From Takakia lepidozioides (taxonomy: Eukaryota > Plantae > Bryophyta), in NCBI GenBank assembly GCA_030704615.1, contig CM060731.1:71052001-71116000 (forward strand): 64,000 nucleotides of DNA, read 5' to 3'. The translations under genes were made by a program, and so were the position numbers. Below, in pieces: positions 12,526-25,812 of the stretch. The notes under the pieces are model-generated. The model did no database searches. It was not told the origin of the DNA and saw nothing but the letters and a program-made list of their open reading frames with translations. How positions within the stretch are numbered: position 1 is the first letter of the stretch; every line of letters begins with the position of its first letter.

Positions 12526-13404
12526 GGAAATGCGGCACCGCATTTCCATGTCGGAACGGAAATGTGGCAACTGCAAAAAACCTTGTTTGGAAATGCGGCA
12601 CCGCATTTCCAAAACCGGGGCAAGAACAATTTTCAGTTTCATGGTTTGGACATCAGAAACTGTTCGACCGAACGGAAATGCGGTGCCACATTTCCGTTTT
12701 CGACATGGCAATTTTGCCGATTGCCAGCTCCTTCCATGGAGGTAAATGGAAATGCCACCCCGCATGCGGAGGTGGAACACATTATTTAAATGGCGGACAT
12801 GGAAATGCGGTGCCGCATTTCCATTGTGGAGATGGACGTTTTTTCCAACTCCAGACCCATGGACGGAACTGCGGCTCCGCATTCCATGATTATGGACGGG
12901 AATGCGGCACCGCATTCCATTGTCCAATAAGAAATTTTGATGACGTACTTGGAAATGCAGCGCCGCATCGTTGTTTGTCCAATTCGAGACCATTGGACGG
13001 AAATGCGGCACCGCATTCCATTGTCCAATAAGAACTTTCGATTGCCAAACATGGAAATGCGGCGCCGCATTTCCAAAACAGACATCGTTGATTGTCCAAT
13101 TCCAGATCCTTCGATGGAAATGCGGCACCGCATTCCATTGTCCAATAAGAAAATTTGATGACGGACATGGATATGCGCTGCCGCATTTCCAGAACGGACA
13201 TGGACAAACATTGGCAATTGGACATGCTTGGACAATTCTAGGTCCAATATGGAAATGCGGTGCCGCATTTCCAATTCGAAGTATGGTAATGCCATGTCAA
13301 GAAATGAAATGTGGTACAGCATTTCCGTTACGACCACAACGGAGGAAAGGGAGCTGCCAGAAATCATTGCATGGAGAAAAATGAAATGCGGTCCCGAATT
13401 TCCG
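12526..13404. repeat. Second cluster (~16 copies, irregular spacing) of the GGAAATGCGGCACCGCATTTCC palindrome
   Basis: Copies at e.g. 12526, 12589, 12801, 12898, 12951, 13053, 13115, 13251. Confidence 0.9.
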
Positions 13405-13679
13405 AGCTTCAGCATGTACATGTTTCCTTTTACTCATACATGAATTTCCTTCACCTCAGGACTCTGATATCGCTGACTCTGGTATATTCAAGTGGACAGA
13501 CACATTGTAGAAATGAGACCACAAATTGTAAACAGTGGACCATTTACGGCAGTTCTTGAACACAATGAAACAGAGCACACAGAAGTGAGGTACAATGGGT
13601 TGTTTTTATTGATCGAACACGGTGTCTCACATTTAGCAACTCCAGACAAACCTAAGCCCTTCCTCCTTCTACATGGGCG

Positions 13680-14258
13680 TCACCAAGTCGACGGAACTTC
13701 GATAGCCCTCAAAACAAGCTCATTACTGATGCGGCACCTGGAGGTAAACTGCAATGTGGTCGTTCTGGTGCCCTTGGTAGAGCTAACGACAATGTCATGC
13801 CCAACAATGATACCACCATCATACATTGACAAGGTCACTGTGGGCCTCATGTGCCCGTGCGATTCGTCTTCGCAACTCAGCCGAATGTCTCCATACACTG
13901 GAAGAGCGGAGTGAACTCCACGAATATAGTTTTCCCCGGTGCCGTCCTCCCTGGTCCACTGGTAGCAGTTCCAGCGCCAAAGCAAGGCCGTGCGTGATCT
14001 GTCCGACATCCCATTCTAGCTTGATATATCGAGGTCAACAATTTTCAAGACCCACGGACCACATTGACCCTCGCCCTCACCTCGCTCAAAGTGGTAATAG
14101 CCCTCCAAATACTCCATTGCGCGCAAAGACTCCCGCTTGATTCCAGAAGCGTCAGTGAAAACAGAGAGCCAGACAATGATGTCTCCTGATTCTGGTTTGA
14201 ACATAGCATAATCGTGGCCATGATAAGGGCAGTCACCATGATTTCGGCGGCACGACAT
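13680..14258 (-). pseudogene. Orphan cargo ORF (~190 aa) with one internal stop
   Basis: ORFs 14016-14258 and 13680-14009 are in the same frame; protein-like composition but no recognised domain. Confidence 0.35.
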
Positions 14259-14926
14259 CCTTGAAAAAGATTAGCGGAGTACGCTCAATGATAGCAACTC
14301 CCGGATGGAGGAGGCAGCAGCGCGGTGGCTGGAAGAAGTTCAAGCAAACGCTGCAATTCCTCACAAACACTCCAGGGCGCATTTAAATTTCCCCCCTATA
14401 GGACTCATGAACTGGATGCATCATCACTGAATATGTGAAGAGTAGACCTACACATAGACCCAACTTGACAACAGACATCTGCTACAACCAGCACTTGTTT
14501 TGACAGTTCCACATATGCACTGTCTGTACTGTTGCAGGGTCTTGTAGCTCACTAGTGTTCTTTCTTGCGGCCTGCTGGCTGCTGCACCCCACCAAACTTT
14601 CAAAGAGATTGAGCAACGACAACACCTTCATCTTTCAAAGAGAGACTGAGCATCCTTCATTTCAAAATGACCCACGACCTTCGGCTATGGCGTACAAGAA
14701 GGAGGAGAGCCAGGAGAAACGGCGAGCAAACGTGGCGAGGGAGAACGGGCACGGGTAGCGAACGATGCTTTAAAACTAAAACTTCGCGCTAACCGTCGTT
14801 ACGGTAACTTTTCGGTGCGGCAGAGATTATTTTAGTTGGAGCAGCTGTTAGGAAAACGGGTTTGCTAAGTCGTTAGCAGGTGTTCTTCGCTAGCAGCGCG
14901 GTGTGGCTGGGGCCTTAGCTTGTTTT

Positions 14927-15410
14927 AGTATCCACCGGGTTTGGTATTAAGCAAATTTGAATTTCCAATATCCACCGTATATGTGCAATAATTTCAAAAT
15001 CTGCCGGATATGAATAATTCCGGATGTCAAAAATGTAATATCCGGCAGTTATAGAATAACCCAGATACATGAATATAATAGTTTTAATAATTAATAATTA
15101 ATAATTAATTAAAAAAATAAATTAAACAAATATAAAAATCAATGAGTTGAGATTAAAATTATGATTTTGAATAATTAATGAATTATTCAATCGAGTAAAC
15201 ATGATTGTTTTTTATATCCGGTTCCTATTCAGCCTGGGGCATAGATTCCGGGTATCAATTCAGTTCTAGCCACTAATACATCAAGCGGATATCATCCAAT
15301 CCGGGTGAGATTTATCATATCCACTCGATATCCAAAAAAAAAAAAATCTAGATCCGGATCCATTGATATAATCCGGGCTGATATTCTAATGGGTCCATAT
15401 CAGCCCACTA
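14927..15410. mobile_element. Probable terminal remnant of a hAT-like DNA transposon
   Basis: Dense ATCCGG/CCGGAT subterminal-type motifs ending in ...cagcccacta; no partner end seen. Confidence 0.3.
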
Positions 15411-16021
15411 GTACAAACCCGTTTATTTTAGTGTCGACTGAAGGTTGGAGACTAGTTTTAGTGTAGAGCATGAATATGATTTCTGTGCGTTTGCTTGGTG
15501 CTACCCACTGAACGAGCCTCTTCGTTATCCTAATTTCATCTTAGCTACTGGTGGTTTCATAACTTTTCCTCTCTTTGAAGTAGTAATAATAATGACTTTC
15601 ATATTGATATTCAAGTAAAGAAAACTTCTAAGTAAACAAGCGGCAAAAGTGAGGTGTGATTAGTGTTGTAACTAGTGTCTACTATACCTTATGTTATTTT
15701 ACCATGCACAAATTGTGATTGCTTATTTTCTAGCATGTCAATATCCTAGGTGACATACTCAACTGAACACATGCCACTGAATGTTTCTGGACTAACAAGG
15801 GTGTAAGGACAGGACAGTCACCAGATTTTTTCCATTGACTTCAATATGGTGCTAAGTTAAGAAAAAATTCTTCAGAAAATTAAGAGCATGTGCATATCTT
15901 CCTCCCACACCCACCTACCAATTTCCAGGACAATCAGCCGCAGATCCAGAAAACACCCCTAGTGAATGTGGCGCCCATTTAAAAACTTAAATTTTAGTTT
16001 TTTAAAGATTTGAGCCATGGG

Positions 16022-16606
16022 TGTCACGGACATAGCCCAGAGAAACTTACCAGGAGTAAATACTAGAAGTTATCAAGTTACCATGTTACCAAAAATTATC
16101 GTGATCTACCATGATCTACCATGATGGAGAAGTTTTCTCCAAAGGAAGCTTCCTAAGCAGTTTCCCAAGTTACCCTCGGTAATTTGATAAACTCCCGGTA
16201 ACTTGATAACTAATGATAACTTATGGTACCTCCTTTGTTTAAGAAAACTTCTCCATCAAGAAACCTCCTTTGGGGAAGCCTCTTAGGGAACCTCCTAGTA
16301 GCCAGTATATATAGGAGGCGAGACTGGACACTCTTCAGTCTCGCCAACACAAGTTCAAGCTACTCTTGTTTCCAGTCCCAGTACTCCAGTCCAGCTTCCA
16401 GTACTCTAGTCTAGTTTCCAATATCTAGTACTCTAGTCTAGTATCCAAGTCAAGTTTCAGTATCTTGTACTCTTGTCCATTGATATAAAGATCATCTTGA
16501 TTCATACCCATCATGCATTCGGCCACGCCGACCTTGACTTCTTGTCTAGTCTTGTACCTCTAGTCTGATCTATTGTTTGTGTTCAGTCATGCTCTCGTCC
16601 TTGACA
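16022..16606 (+). repeat. 5' LTR
   Basis: tgtcacggacatagccc...ctcgtccttgaca; matches 21325-21888; TATA at ~16306. Confidence 0.95.
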
Positions 16607-16608
16607 GT

Positions 16609-16619
16609 TTGACGAGACT
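16609..16619 (+). promoter_or_regulatory. Putative self-priming primer-binding site
   Basis: ttgacgagact is 10/11 complementary to agtctcgccaa (16337-16347), ~25-30 nt after the LTR TATA; no TGG tRNA-type PBS present. Confidence 0.6.
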
Positions 16620-16644
16620 AAAGTTTGTTCCTTAGTTAGTTAAG

Positions 16645-19600
16645 ATGGAATGCACATTTGCGGAAATGGTCGTCACATTGCAGAGTCTTCAGCTCCAGAT
16701 GTAAGAACTTCGTACCTCTACCGTCCAATTACAAGCTGATCAGTCTCAAGATCTTGGCAACGCTCTCCACAATTTGCAACAACAAATTTCAGAGTTAAAA
16801 GAGTCGAACAATGGATCTTCAACCATACGAGTCTCTACTGCAACAGCTCCTACTGCAACGATTCTCTTTAACAGATTACGAGATAACCAAAGATCAGCAT
16901 GCCCGAGAAATTTGATGGGACAAGATCAAAATTTCGCGGTTTTGTTCAACAAATACGACTATTCCTACGACTACATCCACAACGCTACCCCGATGAAGGT
17001 ATTCAAGTGGGATTCGTGGGCACCCTTCTATCAGACACTGTCTTATCTTGGTTTGCACCACTATTAGAAAAAAATTCGCATTTACTATACAATTTTGAAG
17101 CATTCATGTCCGAGTTCACTGCAACGTTTGGAGAAAATGATAGGGAGAGAGTTGCAGAGACAAAGATGCGAAATCTTCGACAATGAGCATGTCCTGCTTC
17201 CGTTTATGCTGCCAAATTTTGACAACTTGTGTGCGACCTCGACTAGAATAAGAAGAGCCTCATTAGTCAGTTTTGATGTTGACTAAAAGAGGATGTAAAA
17301 GATTTGTTGCTGACAATGTCAAACGTGAGCACATTGAGCGAATTCATCACCCAAGTCATTGCATGCGATAATCGTTTGTTCGAAAGACATCAAGAGAAGC
17401 GATCTGGATGGTCGACGACGCATCATGTCACTGCTACTACGGCACCAAACACAACGATCCATCAGACATCCGGTAGTGATCCTATGCAGATTGATGCTGT
17501 CCGATTTAAGCCATTGACGCCACAAAAAAAAACAAAGACAGCGCTCGAATGGATTATGCTTCTATTGTGGAGAAAAAGATTACATAGCATTAAACTGCCC
17601 CAACAAGAGAATATTCAAAGCTCGAGGCGCAACTCAAGTGTTCGATATGATGAGGTCGAAAAACGAAGATGTCCAATCACAGTAGGGACCATGCGGCTGG
17701 ACACCACAAATTTCTCACCAAAAAAATGTCTCTTTCTACCTCCAGACCCTGCACCTTGCTTCACAGTTCCGGTAAAAATCAGAGTGCAAAATCGAGATAT
17801 CTTTGTAGAAGCACTTTTGGACTCAGGGGCTTCAGCATGTTTTATTCACAAAAACTTTGCGAAGCAACACAATTTAACGCTCGTAAAGAAGAAACTTTCG
17901 GCCCCCGTTGAAGTCATCAATGGACGACTGTTAGCATCAGGAAATGTTGACCATGAAACTCGACCACTTGAAGTGAAGCTTGAAGATCAAACATCACATA
18001 TTGTTTTCAACATCATCTAGTCTCCAACGAATCGTGTGATCCTTGGACTTCCCTAGTTCATACTTCACAATCTTGACATCGACTGGCGATCGCGAAAAAT
18101 TTCTGCAAAACAAAAATGTAGAAATATCAAAGGTATTCAACCCCCGTTCCTTGGAGCTAGAGCTTTTATGAGAGTTACCAAAAATGATGCGGCATTTGCA
18201 CTTTATGCGATTCCGATCAAGACCACAACAGACAAAGGTACTTCGACATTACCCACTCAATATCAAGATTTCAAGGATGTCTTCGAGAAGAAAATGCAGA
18301 CATATTGCCAGAACATCGACCTTATGACTGTGCAATTGAGTTACAAGAAGGAGCCCAACCACCATTCGGCCCAATCTATAACTTATCCTAGACGGAGTTG
18401 GCTGCATTACGTGAGTGCATTGACGAAAATTTGTCGAAGAACTTCATCCGACATTCAAAATCACCTGCGGGGGCGCCTATCTTGTTTGTGAAAAATAAAG
18501 ACGGATCATTACGCATGTGTGTGGACTATCGCGGTCTCAACAAAGTCACAATTAAGAATCGTTATCCGTTGCCACTGATTTCTGGGTTTCTCGACCAATT
18601 GGGACGATCCAAAATTGACTTGAGATGAGCTTATAACCTTGTACGGATAAAAGAAGGAGACGAATGGAAAACCACTTTTCGAACAGGGTATGGACATTTT
18701 GAATACAGTGTTGTGCCTTTCGGTCTTACAAATGCTCCAGCAATTTTCCAACATATGACGAATGACATCTTTCGAGAATTTTTAGATGACTTTGTAGTCA
18801 TCTATTTGGACGACATTTTGATGATTCACAAAATGAAAAAGAACATGGCCGTCATGTACGCCTTGTCCTTGATAAATTAAGAGAAAGATGACTATATGTC
18901 AACTTGGAAAAATGTCTTTTCCATCAATCTGAGGTCGAATTTCTGGGCTACATTATTTCCGACAAATGCGTCTTTATGGATCAGAAGAATATACAAACCG
19001 TCATCGAGTGGATTAAACCAACTTCAGTCCGAGATGTACAATGTTTTCTGGGATTTGCAAATTTCTATAGAATCTTCATCAAGGACTACTCCAAAATTGC
19101 TGCACCATTGACACGATTCACAAATAAAGACAAATTTGTATGGGACGAGAAGGCTGACCAAGCATTTGAAAGGCTGAAGCAGGCACTTATAACGGCTCCA
19201 ATACTGATACATGCAGACCCATCTAAACCATTCTTTTTAGAAGCAGATGCATCGGACTTTGTACTTGGCGCGGTACTCTCTCAATACGGTATAGATGGTC
19301 GACTCCACCCTGTTGGTTTTCGTTCTCGCAAATTTTCCGCTCCGGAGATCAATTATGAAATCCATGACAAAGAACTTCTAGCGATTATCGATGTTTTTGA
19401 GGAGTGGCGTCATCTATTGGAGGGAGCTAAACATCAGGTCACTGTCTATACCGATCACAAAAACCTCGAGTATTTTATGAGTGCTCGTGTTTTGAATCGA
19501 TGTCAAGCGAGATGGAGTATGTCACTAGCAAGGTTTGATTTTGTTATTACCTACCGTCTCGGACATCTTCAAGGAAAACCAGATGCTCTTTCTCGACGAT

Positions 19601-21170
19601 CGTATCTTGCGCCAAAATAAGGGGATGCAGCTTTTGACCAACAAAAATCCATCATCTTGAAACCAGCAAATCTCCAATTGAATATGTTATCAATGTCCAC
19701 CTATGACGATGCAGAGATCATAAAGGAGATTCAGGAAGCACTGAAGAGCGACCAATTTGCTACGACACTACGAAGTCAACTAAATCAACCTCGAGACAAC
19801 CCATATGTTACAAACGACTTCGAATTCAAAGATGATTTACTTTAATTCAAGGGACTTCTCTATGTATCTCCAGGACCTACACGACTGCGAATTCTTCAAA
19901 CATGTCATGATATTCCAGCTGAAGGACATTTCGGCTTCAACAAAACAATGGAATTGATATCCAGGAACTATTGGTGGCCGCAGATGTGGAAACTCGTGAA
20001 AGAATTTATAAAATCTTGCGACACGTGTGCTAGAGCGAAGGGACCACGACATTGACCTTACGGCCTTCTTCAACCATTACCCATTCCCAATGGTCCATGG
20101 TCGTCCGTGTCTATGGACTTTATTACGGACCTTCCTATTTCCAAGACCACCGATTCAATCCTTGTTATTGTAGATCGTTTTACAAAGATGACACATTTCA
20201 TTCCATGTAATAAGACGGTTACCGGCGAGGAAACTGCAAGATTCTTCCTCAATAATATCTACCGCATTCATGGACTCCCGAAAGACATCGTATCTGATTG
20301 AGGACCACAGTTCATATCAAATTTATGGAGGGGATTATTTCACATATTGGATACTAAGATCAACTTCTTTACAACTAATCATTCACAGACTGATGGTCAA
20401 ACCGAACGTGTAAACCAGATTTTGGAACAGTATCTTCGCTGTACGATAAATTATCACCAAGGTAATTGGACGGACCTTCTGTCATGGCTGAGTTTGCGTA
20501 CAACAACACTATACATTCTTCGACCAAGCAAACTCTATTTTTCTCCAATTATGGTCATCATCCTCGAGCAAACCCTTTCCACATGAAGACTGTTGGAAGC
20601 CCTGCTGTAGAAAACCTTTCTACTCATCTTGCTACGATTCACAAGGAGCTTACATTTCACCTCGTAGAAGCTCAAAAACAATACAAGGAGTATGCAGATC
20701 AACATCGCCAACTCCAACCCCAGTTCAAGGTCGGAGATCGTGTGTGGCTTCTTCGACGGGACATACAAACCTCGCGTCCATCAAAGAAGTTGGATTATCA
20801 ATGCCTGGGACCATTCAAAATTATTCGACAAATAAATCCGGTCAGTTTTCGGCTTGAACTCCCACGAAGTATGCGCATCCATCCAGTCTTTCATGTTTCA
20901 TTATTAGAGTTGTATCATCCATCGAATATTCCAGGGAGAGTCTCCGTACCACCTCTACCAATCAAAGTCAATCAGAAAATTGAGTATGAAGTCAACGAAG
21001 TCCTGGACTCTCGCATCAAGTATAAACGTCTTGAGTATTTCGTACATTGGAAAAGCTATGACATTAACGAACGAACGTGGGAACCTTCATCCAACCTCGC
21101 CAATGCATCTGACAAACTCTAAGAGTTTCATCAACTGTATCTAGCTAAGCCCCGAGCTACATGTCAATAA
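16645..21170 (+). pseudogene. gag-pol polyprotein remnants with many stops and frameshifts
   Basis: PEKFDG gag, DPMQID, CFYC zinc knuckle, LLDSGAS protease, [11 protein letters not shown] and YLDD RT, EADASD/NYEIHDKELLAI RNase H, SMDFITDLP/DGQTERVNQ integrase, EYEV...YFVHWKSY...TWEP chromodomain. Confidence 0.95.
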
Positions 21171-21324
21171 GACGTCACAACGATGATGTTAGCCAAGTTA
21201 GCTTCAAGGTGAAGACTCTACATTCAGTGTAGCTGATACACACTAAGGATGGAGGTTCTCCAACGCTAAGCAAGTCCAAGATTTTACCACTCCTCGAGGA
21301 ACTCAGCACTAGAGGAGGGGGTGA

Positions 21325-21888
21325 TGTCACGGACATAGCCCAGAGGAACTTACCAGGAGTAGTTATTAGAAGTTACCAAGTTACCATGTTACCGAAGTTA
21401 CCGTGATCTACCATGATCTACCAGGATTTACCATAAGTTATCAAGTTACTAGGAGTTTACCAAATTACCGAAAATAACTTGGGAGACTTCTCATGCAGCT
21501 TCTTTTGGAGGAAACTTCTCCATCAATAAACCTCCTTTGGGGAAGCCTCTTAGAGAACCTCCTAGTAGCCAGTATATATAGGAGGCGAGACTGGACACTC
21601 TTCAGTCTCGCCAATTCAAGTTCAAGCTACTCTTGTTTCCAGTCCCAATACTCCAGTCCAGCTTCCAGTACTCTAGTCCAGTTTCCAGTATCTAGTACTC
21701 TAGTCCAGTTTCCAGCATTCCAGTATCCAAGTCAAGTTCCAGTATCTTGTACTCTTGTCCATTGATATAAAGATCATCTTGATTCATACCCATAATACAT
21801 TCGGCCACGCAGACCTTGACTTCTTGTCTAGTCTTGTATCTCTAGTCTGATCTCTTGTTTGTGTTCAGTCATGCTCTCGTCCTTGACA
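21325..21888 (+). repeat. 3' LTR
   Basis: Direct repeat of the 5' LTR, preceded by the PPT. Confidence 0.95.
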
Positions 21889-22069
21889 ACGAGATCAACT
21901 CCGATTGAATAGGGCTTCATCCCCTGGGGATCCCTCATCCAACAAGCTAAAAAGAAGTCCAATTTGGCCAACGCACGTGGTATTGCCACTTGGTCAAACT
22001 TGGGCAAATCCCCTCATAATGACTTTTTCACATAGATGTGAAGGAAATTAATAATATTTGATGCCCCAA

Positions 22070-22221
22070 AGGCAGTATAAATTATGGTGTCTCTTCACCC
22101 CAAAGGGTTACTTCTTTCCGTTAGGAAGGTGGACACCTTTGTGACACCAATTGGTGGATTGAACCCACAACCACTTCCGAGATGGTATGTGTCCATTACC
22201 ACTGGGCTACAACTTGGTTGT
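22070..22221 (-). mobile_element. tRNA-derived SINE, family S1 (other copies ~43760-43917 minus and ~46487-46625 plus)
   Basis: Minus strand reads tagcccagtgg (A box) ... gggttcaatcc (B box); three dispersed homologous copies. Confidence 0.55.
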
Positions 22222-23451
22222 GAAAACTTCATTTTCATGCTACGAATGAATCAATATAGCAATGAAAAAATATAATTATCTTCATCAAAACTTGACCCCT
22301 TGCTTGCCTGATGAGATAACTTTGCTTAACTCGAAATCAGGGCAATCAGCTGCCCAATCAGCTTGGCAGTCCACAAGAGGGGCCATTCTATGGCACCAAT
22401 TTCATAAAAATTGAAGCACATCTCAAAAAACATGTAAGTAGGCCCTGAAGCCGATTTTGGGCCTGGTGGATGTTCAAGGGTTAATGGACAGAGCCAACAA
22501 ATAGACTACCACCAACTCAAGACTTATAATCACTACTACTCTAATAGCAATGGGGTAAGAACTTAATGCACACGTGCAACCTCTGTTAGAATAGTACGCC
22601 GATTTTTGGCATGTCAAATCTTCCCCACCCTCCCTTGAGAGTGACATGAAACTGAAGGAGTGTAAATTCCAGTCGGGGTTACGCTGGGTTGCACTTTGGG
22701 GAGTATAACACTGGGTTACACGACGGGGAGTGTAATTCCACTCGAGGTTACCCTGGGTTATACGAAGGTGTGTGTAACTCCACTCAGTGTAACTCACACT
22801 TGGTCTCAAAATTTGACTGTCTAAATTTGGCTAAGTTAAAATGGACTAAGAAGACTTACATGAGAGACGAAGTTACAAAGGGTTACACCGATTGGGATAC
22901 CGGTACCTGGGTTACACTACAATAGCCTCTCGTCACGAATTGAGCCTAGAACCTTGCAGCTTACACTGCAATCACCTCGCTAACACGCTACCCACCACAA
23001 CATGAAATCCTCTTGGATTCTTAAGTATTTAATCGTGAAACCAAGGTAAAAGGGGGTGGGGATGATTTGACAGGGGCTGCCAGAGGAGCCCAGGTTGTTA
23101 GAATCCGGAGAAAGTACTGTCAAACCCTAAACCCTAAACTTGTCAAATGGCACAAGTGCATTAAGTTCTTACCTCATTCCTATTATCTCAAGGGTCTTCT
23201 AGGTATGATATTCTTTGTAAGCTAATGAACCTAAACCTCCATATATCTCTTAAAGTTTTCAAAAAAAAATCACGTCTCCAAAATAGTTCAAACACAAAAC
23301 ATCCTTCCGATTGTAAAATCACAGCTTTTATGTATGCTTGAAAACAAATGTTCCAAAGGTTGTCTTTATAATAGTCCACTACAATTCCTTTTGATTTTAC
23401 AGTCCAATAACAATCCCAAGGGTAACCCTACCTTCTTCAGCATGTCTGGAA

Positions 23452-24460
23452 CAATGTTGGATAGGTATATTGATTACCCTGATATACCCGGCGGATATGG
23501 TAGGTACGTGGATGTATACCCTTATATCAGGGTATATTTTTTATGATATACCCTTATCCTTATATTACCCTACATCAAGACGTCCAATATATCCTACTTT
23601 TCTGAAGGGTATAACGGTTGAAATGAAGGGTATATCTAATCAAGGTTTATAAGGGTTAGGCATTACCTAGGATATAATTGAGCCGCCGTTCATGAATGTA
23701 GCTACGCTAGGATAGCCACATTCGACACGGGAAATCGTTCCTTTTTTATTTCATATTCTAGTATTCTCTATTTCTCCTTCATGTCGACGGTTTTGCATCT
23801 AGTTACAAATAGATGTTAGTATGATCTTCAGTTCACGAGTATGGATACTCAAAACGAGTATGTCATTGGCAATACCATTCGTGGGCAGCAAATGGATGGC
23901 AACTTTCTTGACGTAGAAGAAACTCCTCATATCGAGCAGTGTTGGCATTTTTACGTCAAACAGTGAGGAGGCAGTTTCATTGGGCAGTGAGCAGATTCTC
24001 CGTTGCATTATATGTCATAGCAATGCTTGCGGTGCTGAACGTCTTGTCTTAAAGACCATAGGTAGAAAAGGTCTCATAAAATATAACAAATTGCATGGCA
24101 CTAATGCAATGAGGAAGCACATTGAAAATGAGCATGGAGAGGTGTCGAGTAGATATCAGGCACTTTGTGTTGCTCATCGTAAGGATCCTTTGGAGCCACA
24201 TGAACGAGAGCCCTCTAAGAAACGGCAAAAAGTCACACCGGGTGCCATTTCCAAAAAATTTGGTAGCACTATTCCCTACAATGATGAGAAGCAAAAGTCT
24301 TTCATGGAGGATCTGATATTGCTTATAGCAAAAGATTATTTCCCCTTGTCAAGTGTAGAAAATCTCTGGCTCAGATGTTGTGTTCTACGCTCAGACCCAC
24401 GTTGTGTCTTTCCTTCTCGGAGAATGCTCACGGAAGAGATTTTGCCCACAATGGTTGAAG
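23452..24460 (+). mobile_element. 5' part of a hAT transposon with a BED-finger transposase N-terminus (23980-24460), truncated by insertion
   Basis: RCIICH...AMRKHIENEH BED finger and FPLSSVEN...FPSRRML hAT block; the 5' end matches the TSD-flanked element at 44429. Confidence 0.8.
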
Positions 24461-24475
24461 GGTAGGTGCAGACTA

Positions 24476-25181
24476 CACTGGCTCAAAAGCGGCACTGAAA
24501 GTCCCTGAGAAAAAATTAATTAAATTTTTATTTAAAGATATTTGTTCAAATATATTTTTATCTTCATAGGTAATGGTATACTAATCATATCTAGTAAATG
24601 GTCTCATCCCAAATATTTGAGATATTTTTTATTATGATTTTTAAAAAAAATTATTTAAAATTAATAATTATTTATTATTATCTTGTAGTTTATGAAATTT
24701 GTCCATATAACAATAAGCTCCTAGAGACAATAACAATATGTATATTCTTAGCAAAGATCTCCACCCAAATATGAGTTTTCAAAATTCTATGGACAAATCG
24801 TCATTTTGGGGGTTTTTTGGGTCCATAGTGTCTTGATGGATGGATGGAATTGTTCACAAATTTATATTTGTGTCTATTCAAACATCGTGTATCTAGTTGT
24901 AAAGTCGATATATGAATTGGTTTTGCACAAATATGTTTTTCAGATGGCATTTGGGACATTAGATGGATTGTGACAGTCCATTGAAATTCCCTACAAAAGT
25001 CCATAGCTTCATGAGATTTCATCCAAATTCCAAAATAATTGTACCCATACGTACATATGGTAAGTGGCTAACCCATTCTAAGTCCATTTGCTATAAATGT
25101 ATATTTATGTGTATAGGGTGAAGAATAATATGACGAGCAGTCAGTCGAAAACTACAAATTGCAGTCCAAACTGAGCCAGTG
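24476..25181. mobile_element. AT-rich MITE, Tc1/mariner-like
   Basis: TA|CACTGGCTCA ... TGAGCCAGTG|TA. Confidence 0.6.
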
Positions 25182-25460
25182 TAGTTAGTTGGAGCAAATC
25201 TCTTTCATTTGATTCAGGTGTAACCATTCTGCTCGTATGCAGCCTCTCCGAAACCAGGTGGCGGTGATGGAGGGACAGATCTGCACCATTAGGCCAAGGC
25301 GAGAACCCGGCAGAGGTTTGTTAATGCTACTCACATCTGTTTTCGAGTGCGTTGTCCAGGGTTGTGTCAACGAAACCCTGAAACGCTTTCTCTTTTGCAT
25401 CAGATGTGCTTGCATAGAGAAGTAAGAGAGTGCAAGATGCCAGGTTTGAGAGAGCAGCAT

Positions 25461-25632
25461 CAGGCTTGCGTCACCGCAAGCCTGTTTCAGAGGACTCCAA
25501 CGGCTTCACATTTCCCATTTTTCTGAATCACATTTATATCTGGACTGAAGCAAGGGCCCCCTCTCATAATGAAAGTAGCAAAACAATGACGTTATTAGAC
25601 CTCTAAACCAGGCTTGCGTTGACGCAAGCCTG
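25461..25632. repeat. Two CAGGCTTGCG-N4-CGCAAGCCTG palindromes (25461-25484, 25609-25632)
   Basis: Perfect 10-bp arms with TCAC and TTGA centres. Confidence 0.85.
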
Positions 25633-25812
25633 AAGTGGAGGCGCAGAATTAGTAGCTTGAGCCATTGAGTGGCAGATCTTGTATGGGATTCATGATGGTG
25701 AGTAAGAGAGGAGGAACACTATGGAAGAGTATGTTTCAAAATCGGTACATGCTTGCGTTGACGATAGAATGAAACTTAGACATTGGTTCTTCCCCATTTG
25801 CATGACGCCGGG

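Larger units (their letters stand above)
3068..14900. mobile_element. Rearranged large Mutator-like element(s), family B, carrying ParB-MTase cargo
   Basis: The same palindrome marks the arrays and introns throughout; MULE transposase pieces present; composition switches to AT-rich at ~14.9 kb. Termini and TSD not resolved. Confidence 0.55.
16022..21888 (+). mobile_element. Ty3/Gypsy chromovirus LTR retrotransposon (Tf1/Tcn1-like), full length but decayed
   Basis: TG...CA LTRs at 16022-16606 and 21325-21888; PPT agaggagggggtga at 21311-21324; gag-PR-RT-RH-INT-chromodomain order. Confidence 0.95.
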
